From Dudresnaya verticillata (lineage: Eukaryota): DNA of 64,000 nucleotides. Location of the stretch: contig OZ374562.1 of NCBI GenBank assembly GCA_977862235.1, positions 1,178,001 to 1,242,000 on the forward strand. The letters run 5' to 3'. Every line of letters begins with the position of its first letter. Position 1 is the stretch's first letter. The translations under genes were made by a program, and so were the position numbers. Shown here piece by piece: positions 49,687 through 60,546 of the stretch. The notes below the pieces were generated by a model. It was not told where the DNA came from and did not search any database. It saw nothing but the letters and a program-made list of their open reading frames with translations.

Positions 49687-50474
49687 GTGGTTTGCTCAAT
49701 CACCTTGCTCCCTTATGCGCCTTAGGCGCCCGTCCCGTAATCCGCCTTACTTGGGCAAGGGCGGCTTATCCGCTAACATAAAGTAATTCTTCTTGTTGAA
49801 TCACCTTCGGCTTGGAGCCGACCTGTTAGTAGCTTAGCTCACTGAGCGTTCTGTACGCTCGGCACCATGACGCAAGTGCGTGTTTGTACTCCCTGGGAGG
49901 AGCCACTGTAGCCTGGTGCCACTGTAGGGGCTCCGTGCCGCGGATATTTCTTCCACGAATTTTGATTCGTCGTACAATCCGCCTCTCCCTTGGGGAATGG
50001 CCAATGAGGGGCTGCCATCTCAGAAGGAGCCACTCTACAGTAGGGGTGGTTCATACTGTAGAGTTGAACTCTATTTGGCGCCAACGCCTGCCGTGCTGGT
50101 CAGTCGGCTCCTATTCAGGGCGGGACCCCTCTTTCTAGGGAGAGGGGTAGTCGTGCTCCCTCCTTCCTTCCATTTTTAGCGCGTGGGCGAGCGGCGCAGA
50201 GTGACTCATAGGTCATGGGACCTCCAAAAAGAGTCATGGCTTATGAGCCATGAGGTCGTATGGGCGATTCGTGCTCTAGGACGGGAACGCCGGTTAGAGA
50301 TGATTATTATCGTGTCTGATACAGCGACCATAATGAGCCTGCTATTCCGCGACCGACGTTACTAGGACAGGCACTTTCGCCAACCCCCGTGGAGGCTCTA
50401 AGCCTGAGGTTGCTTATTCCGCGTTGTGACACGTCGCAGAGCTCGTGCCCTATGGTTTCCAACATTTCCTACCG

Positions 50475-50788
50475 TCTATCCACAGGTCTTGAACCTTCTA
50501 TTTCATCTATCCACTTCATCTATATGCATAGGTCTTGAACCTTCCAGGTTTTCTATCTATCTCATCTATCCAAGTTCTTGAACCTTCTATTTCATCTATC
50601 CACTTCATCTATATCCATAGGTCTTGAACCTTCCATGTTTTCTATCTATCTCATCTATCCAAGGTCTTGAACCTTCCATATGATACATCGCATTTGCGTT
50701 ATCCAAGGTCTTGAACCTTCTATTTCATCTATCCATTTCATCTCTATCCAAGGTCTTGAACCTTCCATATGATACATCGCATTTGCGC
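50475..50788. repeat. Array of 7 conserved cores (consensus atccaaggtcttgaaccttc) with three spacer types
   Basis: Cores at 50485, 50531, 50574, 50620, 50663, 50707 and 50752. Confidence 0.93.
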
Positions 50789-50931
50789 AACTTTCTCTAA
50801 GACATTGGTCTTGTGTTACTCTACCGCTCTCCTCTCTTATCCAGAGGGAGGGGGAGAACATACGCCCTTGGCATTATGAAACAGGGTTTCCTTCTGGCCA
50901 CAGGCTGATATACAGACTGGTATCCCAGTAG

Positions 50932-53412
50932 TTAGGCGGGAAGGGGGATTCCCTTCTTACGGTGATACCGCTTAACTAAGTTCTCCGGGAGCTGCCGTCG
51001 TGGTTCCCACGTATCCTGCGAGGCAGGGCACTGGTACCAACGTACTTTGTATATTTCCGACTCTGCGTCGTATCCGACCAACTTGTCATAAACAAACTCC
51101 CGAGGGAGAGCTTTCTTGAAGCGGGGGAATTTACGGCGAGGAGCCGTCTCTTCGGCTTCTGTAGCAGTTGGTCCGGCAACAGGCCGAGGAGAACTATTAT
51201 CCCTGGATACCATTGCCGCGCGATCGCCTAATTCAGGCGGTATGAGAACCTCACGAGCGGGTGCGGTTATGGAAACCGGGCCAGCGCCGTTATCGATATT
51301 ATCGGTTTCTTGCCGTGGGGGCGAGACAGTCGGCGCATCTGCGGCCTCGACGATTGTTTCCAACAACTCACCAGCGGGTTGCGCTGGTGCTCTTACAACA
51401 TTGCTGATGTTTGGGGGCGTTGCCCTCGAGGGTGAATCTTCCGGTTCCGCGCCGTCAGGCCCAGATTCCACGATAGGGGGCTCTTGCCCAATAGCGCCGA
51501 ACTCATCGTTTGGTGATGGGGCCAGTGTTACACGATCCAGAGAGACTAACTCTTTTTCGCCAGCTTTTTGCAGCACGACTGTGTGTGTTCCTCGTTCTAG
51601 CACCTTAAAGGGGCCTAGCGCTTTTGGAAACAATTTCCCTTCTCGAGCCACGCCTTTGGCGTCTTTCACCTTCGTTTCTCTTTCGAGGAATACCCATTGG
51701 CCTGGGCGTACGTTTTCGTTAGTCAACCGCATACGATTGTTGAAGTTAACTTCATATCGTTGCTGGGCCATCCGCAGGCGTGGCAACGCTGTATCCATCA
51801 GCTTCTCGAGCCGGGTAGTCAGCCGTTTCTTCACGTTAGTTGCTGCAACGTTTTCAACGTCTACTGCCTCGGCTCTTTCCATTAGAATGGACGTGGGAGG
51901 GTTAGATAAAACCAAATCGACGGGCGCAAGACCGGTCCCGCGGTGAACGGTCGTGTTATATGCGTACGTCAAAGCCGACGTGAATTCATCCCAATCCTTC
52001 TGGTCATCGGAGATGAAGTGTCTCAGCCCAGCCAACAAGGTTCTATTAAACCTCTCGGTTTGTCCATTCGTCCGTGGATGGTAAGTGGACGTGAACAGAT
52101 TCCTGATCCGAAGTATGCCACAGACGGCTATGAAAAACTTCGATGCGAACTGCGGACCGTTGTCCGACAAAACATAGCGGGGAGGCCCGTAAGTGTATAC
52201 CCAATGTTCGCAGAATGCTCTTGCCACGGTGTAATCCGTTACCGTTTTCAATGGGACAGCCCTGGTGAGCTTTGAGAAGCGATCGGTTATTACGAGAACG
52301 TACTCGTTACCCTTGCTCGATCGGGGTAGCGGCCCTAGGATGTCAATCCCCACGAATTCTAACGGCATCGTGGCCGGGAACAGCTTCATCTGCGAAGCAT
52401 GTTGCCGCAATTGGACTCGTTCCCGAGCGTATTTGACACAATTTCGAACGGTCGCGTATACTGCGAGAGCCATACCAGGCCAATAGACCTGTCGACGCAA
52501 GTTATGATACATTCTGGTGCCACTGGGATGGCCTGCCATCTCGGGATAGTGCGCCAGATGCAGAAACCGTTCTTGAAGGACCCGAGGTATCACTACATGC
52601 AAAGTTTTGTCGATATAAGACCGTCGGACTAGAAGTCCCCTTTCGTCTTCGAAATAACAGCCTGGCTTTCCAGTCTCGATGGCCAGCTTAATACCCTTGC
52701 AGAATGGATCTGTCAATTGCGTACGAAGTAGTTCTTCCACCGTAATCAGAGATAGACTTTTCTCGTCCACTTCCTTTTCAGCCACCGTGGCTATCAACTG
52801 CTCATCCTCGAATTCGAACTCGGCTAATTGGTCCTCGGGCTCGACTTCCCAAACCTCCAAAGGTCGCGGCTCGGTGTCGGCTCTAGTATTTCCTTTGGAA
52901 GGACGATCGGGAAATCCCTCGCGCTCGCTGTCGGCGATAATGAAGCAAGGGATCTCTAGGTCCGGTTCCCAACTGGTGAATCCATAAGTGGGTAGTCGCG
53001 AGACGGCGTCGGCTATCTGGTTCTTGTTTCGCTTACGGTATTGAACCGTGAAGTCGTACTCCAAGAGTCGCAAGCGCCAGCGCGCTAGACGACCTGATGC
53101 GTCGGTCATACTCATCATCCACTTGAGCGCTTGATGGTCGGTATAGAGGTCAAAATGCGACCTTTCCAAATACGGTCTGAGCATTTGTGTGGCCCAGACT
53201 ACAGCGAGACACTCCTTTTCTCCAACGGAATAATTCCGCTCAGCCTGGGTAAGACCTCGGCTCCAGAAACCGATCGGGTGGCGTGTTCCATCTGGCTCCA
53301 TCTGCATAAGGGCACACCCTATCTGATAATCAAACGCGTCGGTATCTACCGAGAGAGGTCTATCTTCCTTAGGAAGCCGGAGGATCGGTGGCGCTATGAG
53401 TGCCTTCTTCAA
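50932..53412 (-). CDS. pol: Gypsy D pol: RNase H, integrase, chromodomain (826-aa open segment)
   Basis: DTDAFDYQIG, ERNYSVGEKECLA, YTDHQAL, GIDILGPLP, SDNGPQF, NGQTERFN, GPF, YKVRWY...DTWEP. Confidence 0.95.
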   Translation of the reverse strand: MKKALIAPPILRLPKEDRPLSVDTDAFDYQIGCALMQMEPDGTRHPIGFWSRGLTQAERNYSVGEKECLAVVWATQMLRPYLERSHFDLYTDHQALKWMMSMTDASGRLARWRLRLLEYDFTVQYRKRNKNQIADAVSRLPTYGFTSWEPDLEIPCFIIADSEREGFPDRPSKGNTRADTEPRPLEVWEVEPEDQLAEFEFEDEQLIATVAEKEVDEKSLSLITVEELLRTQLTDPFCKGIKLAIETGKPGCYFEDERGLLVRRSYIDKTLHVVIPRVLQERFLHLAHYPEMAGHPSGTRMYHNLRRQVYWPGMALAVYATVRNCVKYARERVQLRQHASQMKLFPATMPLEFVGIDILGPLPRSSKGNEYVLVITDRFSKLTRAVPLKTVTDYTVARAFCEHWVYTYGPPRYVLSDNGPQFASKFFIAVCGILRIRNLFTSTYHPRTNGQTERFNRTLLAGLRHFISDDQKDWDEFTSALTYAYNTTVHRGTGLAPVDLVLSNPPTSILMERAEAVDVENVAATNVKKRLTTRLEKLMDTALPRLRMAQQRYEVNFNNRMRLTNENVRPGQWVFLERETKVKDAKGVAREGKLFPKALGPFKVLERGTHTVVLQKAGEKELVSLDRVTLAPSPNDEFGAIGQEPPIVESGPDGAEPEDSPSRATPPNISNVVRAPAQPAGELLETIVEAADAPTVSPPRQETDNIDNGAGPVSITAPAREVLIPPELGDRAAMVSRDNSSPRPVAGPTATEAEETAPRRKFPRFKKALPREFVYDKLVGYDAESEIYKVRWYQCPASQDTWEPRRQLPENLVKRYHRKKGIPLPA

Positions 53413-54629
53413 CAGGGCGCAGGCTTCGCGTTGCCGCTCATCAAACGGGGTAAGTTGAACCCGACATACTTCTGTAGAAGCCTATTAAGCGGAGACGCGA
53501 CCCTAGCGAAATTCGGTACGAAGCGTCTATAGACGTTACACAATCCAATAAACGACCTTAGTTGTGTCTGAGTCGTAGGCTCCTTGAAACCTTCGATAGC
53601 TTGGGTGTTTTTGGTAGCCACCTCCAGCAGCCCTGGTCGGATCACATGTCCGAGGTAGTCCACACTCTTTGTGAAGAAATTACATTTCTTGAGCTTGAGC
53701 GATACGCCTGCTTGCTTCAATACGGAGAGTATCTCTTGAACGTGACCTATGTGTTCGTCGACACTCTTGGAAAAGACTATGATGTCATCCAAATAGACGA
53801 GGCAGGATTTCCATCTGTATCCCGATAATAGAATATCAACCGTTCGTTGAAACGTCGCCGGTGCGTTGCACAGTCCGAATGGAATTCGGCAGAACTGAAA
53901 GCAACCAGCATGAAAGGTGAAGGCTGTCTTGGCCTTATCTTCAGCCGCAACTGGTATTTGCCAGTAGCCCGAATTGCAATCGAGGGTGGTGAAATACTGG
54001 GCGTCGCCCAACGAGTCCAAGCACTCATCCATGCGCGGTAGAGGATACGAATCCTTGATGGTAATCGCGTTCAGTTTCCTGTAATCGACACAGAACCGGA
54101 GGGATCCGTCAGGCTTCTTAACCAGTACCACTGGACTTGCGAATTCAGAGCGTGCTGGCTCTATGACTCCTTCCTTGAGCATCTTATCGACCTCGTCCTG
54201 CTCCGCTTGTCGCGCTTTCGGCCCTGAACGATAGGGTTGTGCGAATACAGGTTTGGAACCTTCTGTGAGCTCAATACGATGCTCCGTGACCTTGATGGTT
54301 CCTAATTTCCCGTTCCACATGTCGGCGAACGGACGCAACGTTTTGCGGACGCGTCGTCTGTCAGACGGGGATAGGTGTTCTAATTCCAAATCGTCGACTC
54401 TGAGCTTCTCAGTGGCGGTTTTGACGCCTACTTTCGAGTTGGCCGCGCCAAGAGCAGCAGCTAGCCCTGCCCCCCCTACATCGAACGGTGTATCGGCAGG
54501 AGGACTCGAGTCCTGTGGCTTCGGGTCCTTACGGTCGGGTACATCGTCGATGGAAAGAGTATAAACCGGCGTGGCCGTCGGAGCGGGAACGGCGCGACCA
54601 ATAACTTGGTTCTTGGTTAGCCGTTGCAC
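53409..54629 (-). CDS. pol: Gypsy D pol: reverse transcriptase (frameshifted from its neighbours)
   Basis: FASPVVLVKKPDGSLRFCVDYRKLN, LDCNSGYWQ, PFGLCNAPATFQR, YLDD. Confidence 0.95.
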   Translation of the reverse strand: MQRLTKNQVIGRAVPAPTATPVYTLSIDDVPDRKDPKPQDSSPPADTPFDVGGAGLAAALGAANSKVGVKTATEKLRVDDLELEHLSPSDRRRVRKTLRPFADMWNGKLGTIKVTEHRIELTEGSKPVFAQPYRSGPKARQAEQDEVDKMLKEGVIEPARSEFASPVVLVKKPDGSLRFCVDYRKLNAITIKDSYPLPRMDECLDSLGDAQYFTTLDCNSGYWQIPVAAEDKAKTAFTFHAGCFQFCRIPFGLCNAPATFQRTVDILLSGYRWKSCLVYLDDIIVFSKSVDEHIGHVQEILSVLKQAGVSLKLKKCNFFTKSVDYLGHVIRPGLLEVATKNTQAIEGFKEPTTQTQLRSFIGLCNVYRRFVPNFARVASPLNRLLQKYVGFNLPRLMSGNAKPAPC

Positions 54630-54779
54630 TCGGTGAGAGAAGTTAGCAATCTTAACACGGAAGAGAACGTTCTCTTGTATCTTGACGATTCAATTCGTGA
54701 CGACCACTTGTTGACGGTCGTAAAGACGTTGGAAGGAATCCAAGAAGTGTGTTCCTTTTGCGGTACAGGATACCGCGAC

Positions 54780-55508
54780 CTAGGTTTCCGAACCGGGTTG
54801 TAAATTAGTTGCGTGAGCAACTCGCACGAGGCGAGAAGTAGTTAGTGGAGGGACCTCCATGGTTTCACCAGAGCTTGTGGGCCTCGGGATTCCGCATCTT
54901 CGTCGTAGAATGGGATGTACCGAACCGTCACGTAAGACTACGTGTTGCTTACGCACTCGAAGTTGTTCGACGTGGCTATCGATATAGGTGCATCCAAGTA
55001 TCATATCGATGGCTAGCGCCGAAACCACGACGAAAGGTTGACGGACCGTGTAGATTCCAATCTTGACGACGAGGGAGATCATGCCTAATGTTGGTAAGCG
55101 GTGGCTTGATGCCGAGGTAAGGTTGACGATCGACTGGGTTGAGGAAACCTTCTTCCGGTCGTCCAAAGAGAGCACGTCAGCTCTGATGAGATTGGGGCCT
55201 GCGCCCGTGTCCAGAACGGAAAGTACTTGAGTCATGTTTGCAACAGAGGTCCCAACGGACGCGACAACTTTATAGTTGTATCTCGATAGCGCGCACAATG
55301 GGTCCATAATGTACTCATCATACTTGCACCCGGGGGGTAAGCCCACGGGGCGTGCTAAAACCTTCTTTGGAAGAGGAAGCGGGAGTTCCCGCGAGACCGA
55401 TCGTTCGTGTGAGGGAGGACATAGGAAATGACATTCCTCGGAGCGATCGGGGGGTTCCGATACGACTGGAGTCGCCCAGTGGACCGAAACCGGTTCCCCC
55501 CTTTCTAG
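54780..55508 (-). CDS. pol: Gypsy D pol: aspartic protease, in the -1 frame relative to gag
   Basis: VLDTGAGPNLI, DMILG; frame open from 55517. Confidence 0.88.
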   Translation of the reverse strand, partial: LERGEPVSVHWATPVVSEPPDRSEECHFLCPPSHERSVSRELPLPLPKKVLARPVGLPPGCKYDEYIMDPLCALSRYNYKVVASVGTSVANMTQVLSVLDTGAGPNLIRADVLSLDDRKKVSSTQSIVNLTSASSHRLPTLGMISLVVKIGIYTVRQPFVVVSALAIDMILGCTYIDSHVEQLRVRKQHVVLRDGSVHPILRRRCGIPRPTSSGETMEVPPLTTSRLVRVAHATNLQPGSET

Positions 55509-58500
55509 TTTTTCGGCCTACTAGCAGGCGACTGCGGGAGTGTTGGAGGCGGCGGAAGGCTTCGGGAGCCACGTCTGGGCGACCCTGGCGCCGTCGGCGT
55601 ATGTTTCGGAGTGTCCACTGGATGATTCAATCCCCCTTGAAATTGGACATGGCCATTCCGGCTTGGGGCAGACCCCAAATTTTGAGGAGGCCCCCTCGAT
55701 GGCCCTGCTCCACGTCCTGAAGACGCATAATCGGGTTGTTCCCTACGGGTATTCCCCGGGGCGAAATCAGGCAGTCGCCCTATGGTGGCTAACCATGCCT
55801 TCTGTTCGCGAGACAGTTGATAAAACTGCTGACGTTTTAGTACCTCAAATGACGGTTCATCCGTACGAGCCAGATATGGGCAATTCGGCTTTTTATGGCC
55901 CACGCCCAGACACTCGAATCATATGTCATTTGGCCTGTCTTCGACAGCCACCCAACCGGGACGTTGTGTCCTTGTGAACTGAGCCCACGCAGGCATCTTG
56001 TGGTTGTAGTTCTGAAGGACTGCGCCCACATCGCCATGGTATGGATGGTCACTCAACGCCGCAGACCACGAGTCTGATTGGGTTACGCTATACGGAGGCG
56101 CTTCGTGATCAATGGCTGCAACCACTGCGTCCTCACTGTCGGCCTCAGAGCTACTGCTCTTCGAGGAATCGGTGACTGAGGACTGTTGAGTCCTATTTTG
56201 CCGAATGAGGAGCGCTATTCCAGACTTGTGTGTCTTGACCCGTGCCAGGGTTTTGCGAGGTAACGAGGAGCTCGCCTTCTTGAGACGAGCACCACCCGCA
56301 AGGGCGCGGTGCGAATCTCCCTGCGCTGTCGCTAACTCGACGTAGTCGGTTAGTCGCGCGGAGCGCGGGTCCAGAGAGGACGTACTTAGAAGCGGTTTCA
56401 CCGCTGGTAGTAGCCCGCGTATAAAACGCGTTATCAAGTCTTGTTCCGAGTAGACTCCCGCGACCTTTCGCGCCTTACTCTGTAGACGTCTTGAAAAAGA
56501 GACTTCGTCTTCCTCTGACCCTTGGGTCATCGTATCCATTTCAGAAGAAATCTGTTCAATGTAAACGTCTTTGGCGTAAGTCCGCAAGAGGTAATTTATG
56601 GCCTCGGGCCACTCATTGAATCCGCCATTATCGTCTCCGGCCGCGTCGAAATTTGCTTCGAACATGTCCTTCGCGTCCTTTTCAAGGATGTGGCATAGCT
56701 GTAAGACCAGCTGTGCCACGCACGCGCAGCTGTAGGACCAGCTGCGCCACGTGTGCACTGCTGTGCGCACGCTGTCAGCCGGTGGCGCCGAAGCCCCGCT
56801 GAACTGTAAGGGAGTGCGCAGTGGCGCCCACGTGTGCACGCGTTCGCGTGTGGCACTGAAACTCCCATGTAATTTCTACATTTATTGTTTTGTAGTGTAC
56901 AGCACCGTCTAGTGTAAGCGGCGGTCGAACGCCCTGCTGTCCTGCGCGCTGTGCGCATGCACTCCGGCGCAGAGCCGTTGAGTGCGTGACACGCGCGCGC
57001 GCACTCCGGCGTCGAGCCGTTGAGTACGTGTGGACCGTTCCGCCTACGCGCGCCCCCGGGTTACCGTTACCTGTACGCGTCGACGCGTGTTGGGGCGCGC
57101 CGGCGCACCTCCCGGGTTGGTGCCGCCGCAGGCCCTGTAGTATATCTAGTAGTCGCCCCTCTGGGCAGTGGGCAGTTCAGTAAACCAGGCAAGCCAGCCT
57201 ACGCCAGGCTTGCCCTTTCTGCTTTGGGTTTCTTTCCCAGTCCTTCGCCCTACGGCTTCCCTCTTTCCCTAGCCGTCTAGGCTTTCCTTTTCCTTTCCCT
57301 ACCGTCGGCTTCGTGCCGCCCCACGACGGGGACGCAGGGATCCGGCCGCTGCTGCCCGCGTACGGTACGCCCCGTGCGCGCTCAGGCTTCGACGCCGTTG
57401 ATCCGCGACCGTCGACGGCGCGCGCGGCCGACACCACCGCTCTACCACCACAGCTACCACCCTTCGACGGGTCTGGGTGCGACTGATCGACCAGCGCAGC
57501 TAGACGTCAGTTCGACCTGGCGTCTATGCCACAAAGGAATTCAGGTATGACCAGGATGGCCGCTCCTTCGCTCACTTGGGCTTGGTCCAACTGTCTCTTC
57601 AAGGTGGCTAGAAAGCCTATGATGGAAACTGGGTCTCGCCCATCGAATCTCCGACTCCTCATTACGGATTTAATCCGCTTGATCTTTTTCGAGGTGGCTT
57701 CCGTTACCTCGGGCCCACGATATGCATCGACATTCAATAATCGGTATCTCCGATACGAAAGTACCTGTATGAACGCCGGGTTTCGTGGAGTTAACTCCTT
57801 GATTCCCGCTCGACGGGGTCCTCGCCAGGAGCTCCAAGAGGGTCTTGAAAGACCTCGTGACGTCGGCTCGTCCTCATCCGATTGTATCGGCGCTGGGTAT
57901 GAGGCGTTCCGACGCTGCACCTCATCATTACGGCTTGAAAGCCGGTCTTGACGGGCGTCCCGTGTATTGCGACATTACAGTAGGGCCGTGCGATGATCGG
58001 TAATCACACCGGGGGTGCGTGGACTTCCTACGACTAAGGTTGTCTTGTCCAGACTCCCCATCCGAGTCCCGTCTTGGAGACGTCCTGCGCCGGTCTCTCG
58101 TGCCGCGGGGCACGGGGGACCGTCGCCGCTCGACCTCAGGGATTAAATCCCTCTCGCGACTGAGTCGTCGCACCTTTGCTTCCAGCAACGTTACCTTCCG
58201 CTTTTCAGCTTCAAGCTCTTGTCTCAGGAGCTCAATAGCTCTGTCTTGTTCGACACACCTGGTGTCGTCTACGTTTCGTCGAACGTCTTCAATAGCCAAT
58301 GCGGCTTCTTCTCCAGTTAGGTCGGTGACCTTTGTAAGCGTATGGAGGTTTCCATGGACGGCGTCCAATTGGTCACCTAGTGAGTCCATTTGCGCTTGCA
58401 GGGTTTCGACCCTCTCTTCTTCTAATCCTCTAAGAGGACCTTGTCGGAGTCGAGATTCCATCTCCTGTTGGCATTTAGCCAAAAGGCGGTCGTCACGGCG

Positions 58501-59076
58501 CGCCGACGCATCGTCGATATATCGCTTGACTTTTAGAAAGGCGTCATCGGCTTGACTCTCCAGGAGCGCCACGACACTCGTCGTCAATGATCTCTCGATT
58601 CCCAATTCGACCATTCGTCCTATTTCGCGCTCTGTAAAGCAGCGGACGTCCGACGAATGGTACTTCGTTCTTGACGGCAGCCCTACGTCCGGGGCGGCCG
58701 TGGTATCATCATATTGGGCTCGTACGCCTATGGCTTGCTGGCTGGCTAAAGCCAGAGGCGGCGGCATCATTCCAGGGTTCGAATCCTCATTCTCCCCGAT
58801 GTTGGCGGGGACTTCTTCCACGGTTCGAACCGTATATTCTCCTTCCGGGACCTGGTCCCTGCCTGGTCCAGGTATTTCTTCTCCAGCCGGGGCACCCATC
58901 ATTTCAGGAGGGGGTCCCGGTTGACCCATTACGGGATTAGCTGCGAGAGCGGTAGAGGTTGCGCGGGTGCGGACCCCAGTCGTTCTCACGGAGGCAAGAC
59001 TGCCTGTTCGGCTTGCTCCCTGGCTCGATAGTCCGGGCCGGGTAGTATCGCCATTAGAAGTTGGCATTATTGCCAC
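55505..59076 (-). pseudogene. gag: Gypsy D gag, split by solo LTR 56689-57533
   Basis: Coiled-coil N-terminus; FDGRDPVSIIGFL; IPEFL|EKDAK rejoined across the insertion; FIRGL; knuckle (TGA)FECLGVGHKKPNC with the first Cys mutated to stop. Confidence 0.85.
56689..57533 (+). mobile_element. Solo LTR (845 bp), TGTGGCATAG...CTATGCCACA, youngest-looking copy
   Basis: Perfect 10-bp inverted ends; perfect TSD AAGGA (56684-56688 / 57534-57538). Confidence 0.93.
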
Positions 59077-59381
59077 GCTTGTTCTCGGCTCGGCCGATGA
59101 GGTAGCGGGGACTTCTTCCCAAGCTTCTCGACGGTCCAGAACCGTAAGATTACACGTGTTTTCTCAGGTTGCACGGAAAACCTGTTGAAGCGGGCTCAAC
59201 CCGGGCGTCAATCCGCCGTTGAGGGACACTTCTGGGGACGGGTTTAAAACCGTTAAATGTAGTTTGCTTGCTCACAAGATTTGACGTCACTCCGGAGCTT
59301 AATATAAAGCGTAGAAACCGTCGACAATTAGACGACTAGGGTTTTACCCTTCGAAGGAAGATTCTTGAAACTTCAACGGAC

Positions 59382-60056
59382 TGTGGTGTAGTGAAAACCC
59401 ACGAACTCCGAGACGGACAGCTGGCCTGACTTTCCTTAACGGACGAGAGCAACACTACCTCCACGGGGTGGTAGAGCAGTTCGCACCGTAACGGGAGAAC
59501 AGCTAGCGGCTAACCGAGACGGATATTGGGAAGCAACAGACAAGGGGGTGGTACAAGTGCCGGGACGGACTCCGTAACGGTGGTGGTGGTAGACCGCAAC
59601 GGGCTCGGCGCGGGGAAGACCGTAAAGGATTGGGCTAAGGTTGCTTACCCGTTTACCTTAGGAGCCGCTGCGGTGCCGCCCTAATATACAAGTCAGGGTG
59701 GCACCGAGCGGTCCGGTCCGTGGGGGCCAGACCCTAGTGATCTGGACCCATGGTGGAATCGGACCTGCTGATCCCAATCTCCGACACGGACATGCGCAGC
59801 ATTCTCATTGGCTGGCGCGCTACTCTACACACTGTACAGATACTCACTAAAAATAAAGAATAAATACTACAAATACTCCGATATGGTTGGTGCGCTTCAC
59901 TGCTGTACAGCAATGCGTACCGGCGTACAGCAATGCGCACGACATCCGACACGGTTACACGTTGCCAGATCATCAGTGTGGCGTATTGCCACATCATCCG
60001 TTACGGTTGGCTCGCCTTCGGCGTGCCGCGTGCGCGCCACGGCTCACTTCACCACA
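59382..60056 (-). mobile_element. Solo LTR (675 bp), TGTGGTG family, in the Gypsy D leader
   Basis: TGTGGTG...CACCACA ends; perfect TSD CGGAC (59377-59381 / 60057-60061); homologue at 34212-37184. Confidence 0.92.
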
Positions 60057-60140
60057 CGGACAACGTCCTGTCTTGAATTTCTTGACTCGACCCGTCGAGG
60101 GTAAGGTAGAAAAAGGGTCCGAACCTAAGAACTTGTTCTA

Positions 60141-60153
60141 GGTCGGGAGACCA
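60141..60153 (-). promoter_or_regulatory. Primer binding site of Gypsy D (TGGTCTCCCGACC), possibly tRNA-Tyr
   Basis: TGG start 1 nt after the LTR end ...CTACTACA; complementary to a tRNA 3' end ...GGGAGACCA. Confidence 0.7.
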
Positions 60154-60154
60154 C

Positions 60155-60546
60155 TGTAGTAGAATGGCTTTGAAGCCAACAGAGACGGCGACACGGCACA
60201 ACAGCTGTCCTCAAAGAGCGATCCCACTCGCGTGGTTGGTAGCTCGGTAAAGGGGTGGTAGAGACTTGAGAGGGCTTAAAGCCCTGACAAAGGAAAAAGG
60301 GAAAGGCGAACCCTGCTGAATAGAGCAATTCGTCGTAGACGACAGGGCTTGTAGACGCCCAAAGGGAAGTTGTAGTGGTAGCACCGTAAGCGTCCAAAAA
60401 GGGGAAAACCCAAGGCACAGACCGCTGCCGGTTTAGTGCCGGGCCCCTGCTACTCAGGGGCCCCATAAATACGGCGAGAGCCGAAAAGGTGCTCCTCGCT
60501 CAGTTAGAGCTCTATGGCTAATACTTAGCTAACACTGTACAATACA
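60155..60546 (-). repeat. Probable 5' LTR of Gypsy D
   Basis: Minus strand TGTATTG...CTACTACA followed by the PBS; related sequence at 45147-45549; no partner LTR seen, so the outer end is uncertain. Confidence 0.65.

Larger units (their letters stand above)
47100..60546 (-). mobile_element. Chromodomain Ty3/Gypsy element D, well preserved; 3' LTR not found and left limit uncertain
   Basis: 5' LTR 60155-60546, PBS, long gag, PR-RT-RH-IN-chromodomain, repeat array, antisense ORF. Confidence 0.82.

Noticed and set aside
50475..50788. CRISPR array
   Set aside because: Spacers recur (A-B-A-B-C-A-C) and are partly low-complexity, there are no cas genes, and the context is a eukaryotic retrotransposon. 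Kept as a tandem array.
51116..51946. Long antisense ORFs over pol or gag (also 6256-6987, 58019-58555, 48265-48996)
   Set aside because: They are shadow frames opposite genuine coding sequence and show no domain features.
59382..60056. 5' LTR of Gypsy D
   Set aside because: It has its own perfect TSD (CGGAC) and the PBS lies further right at 60141-60153, so it is an inserted solo LTR.
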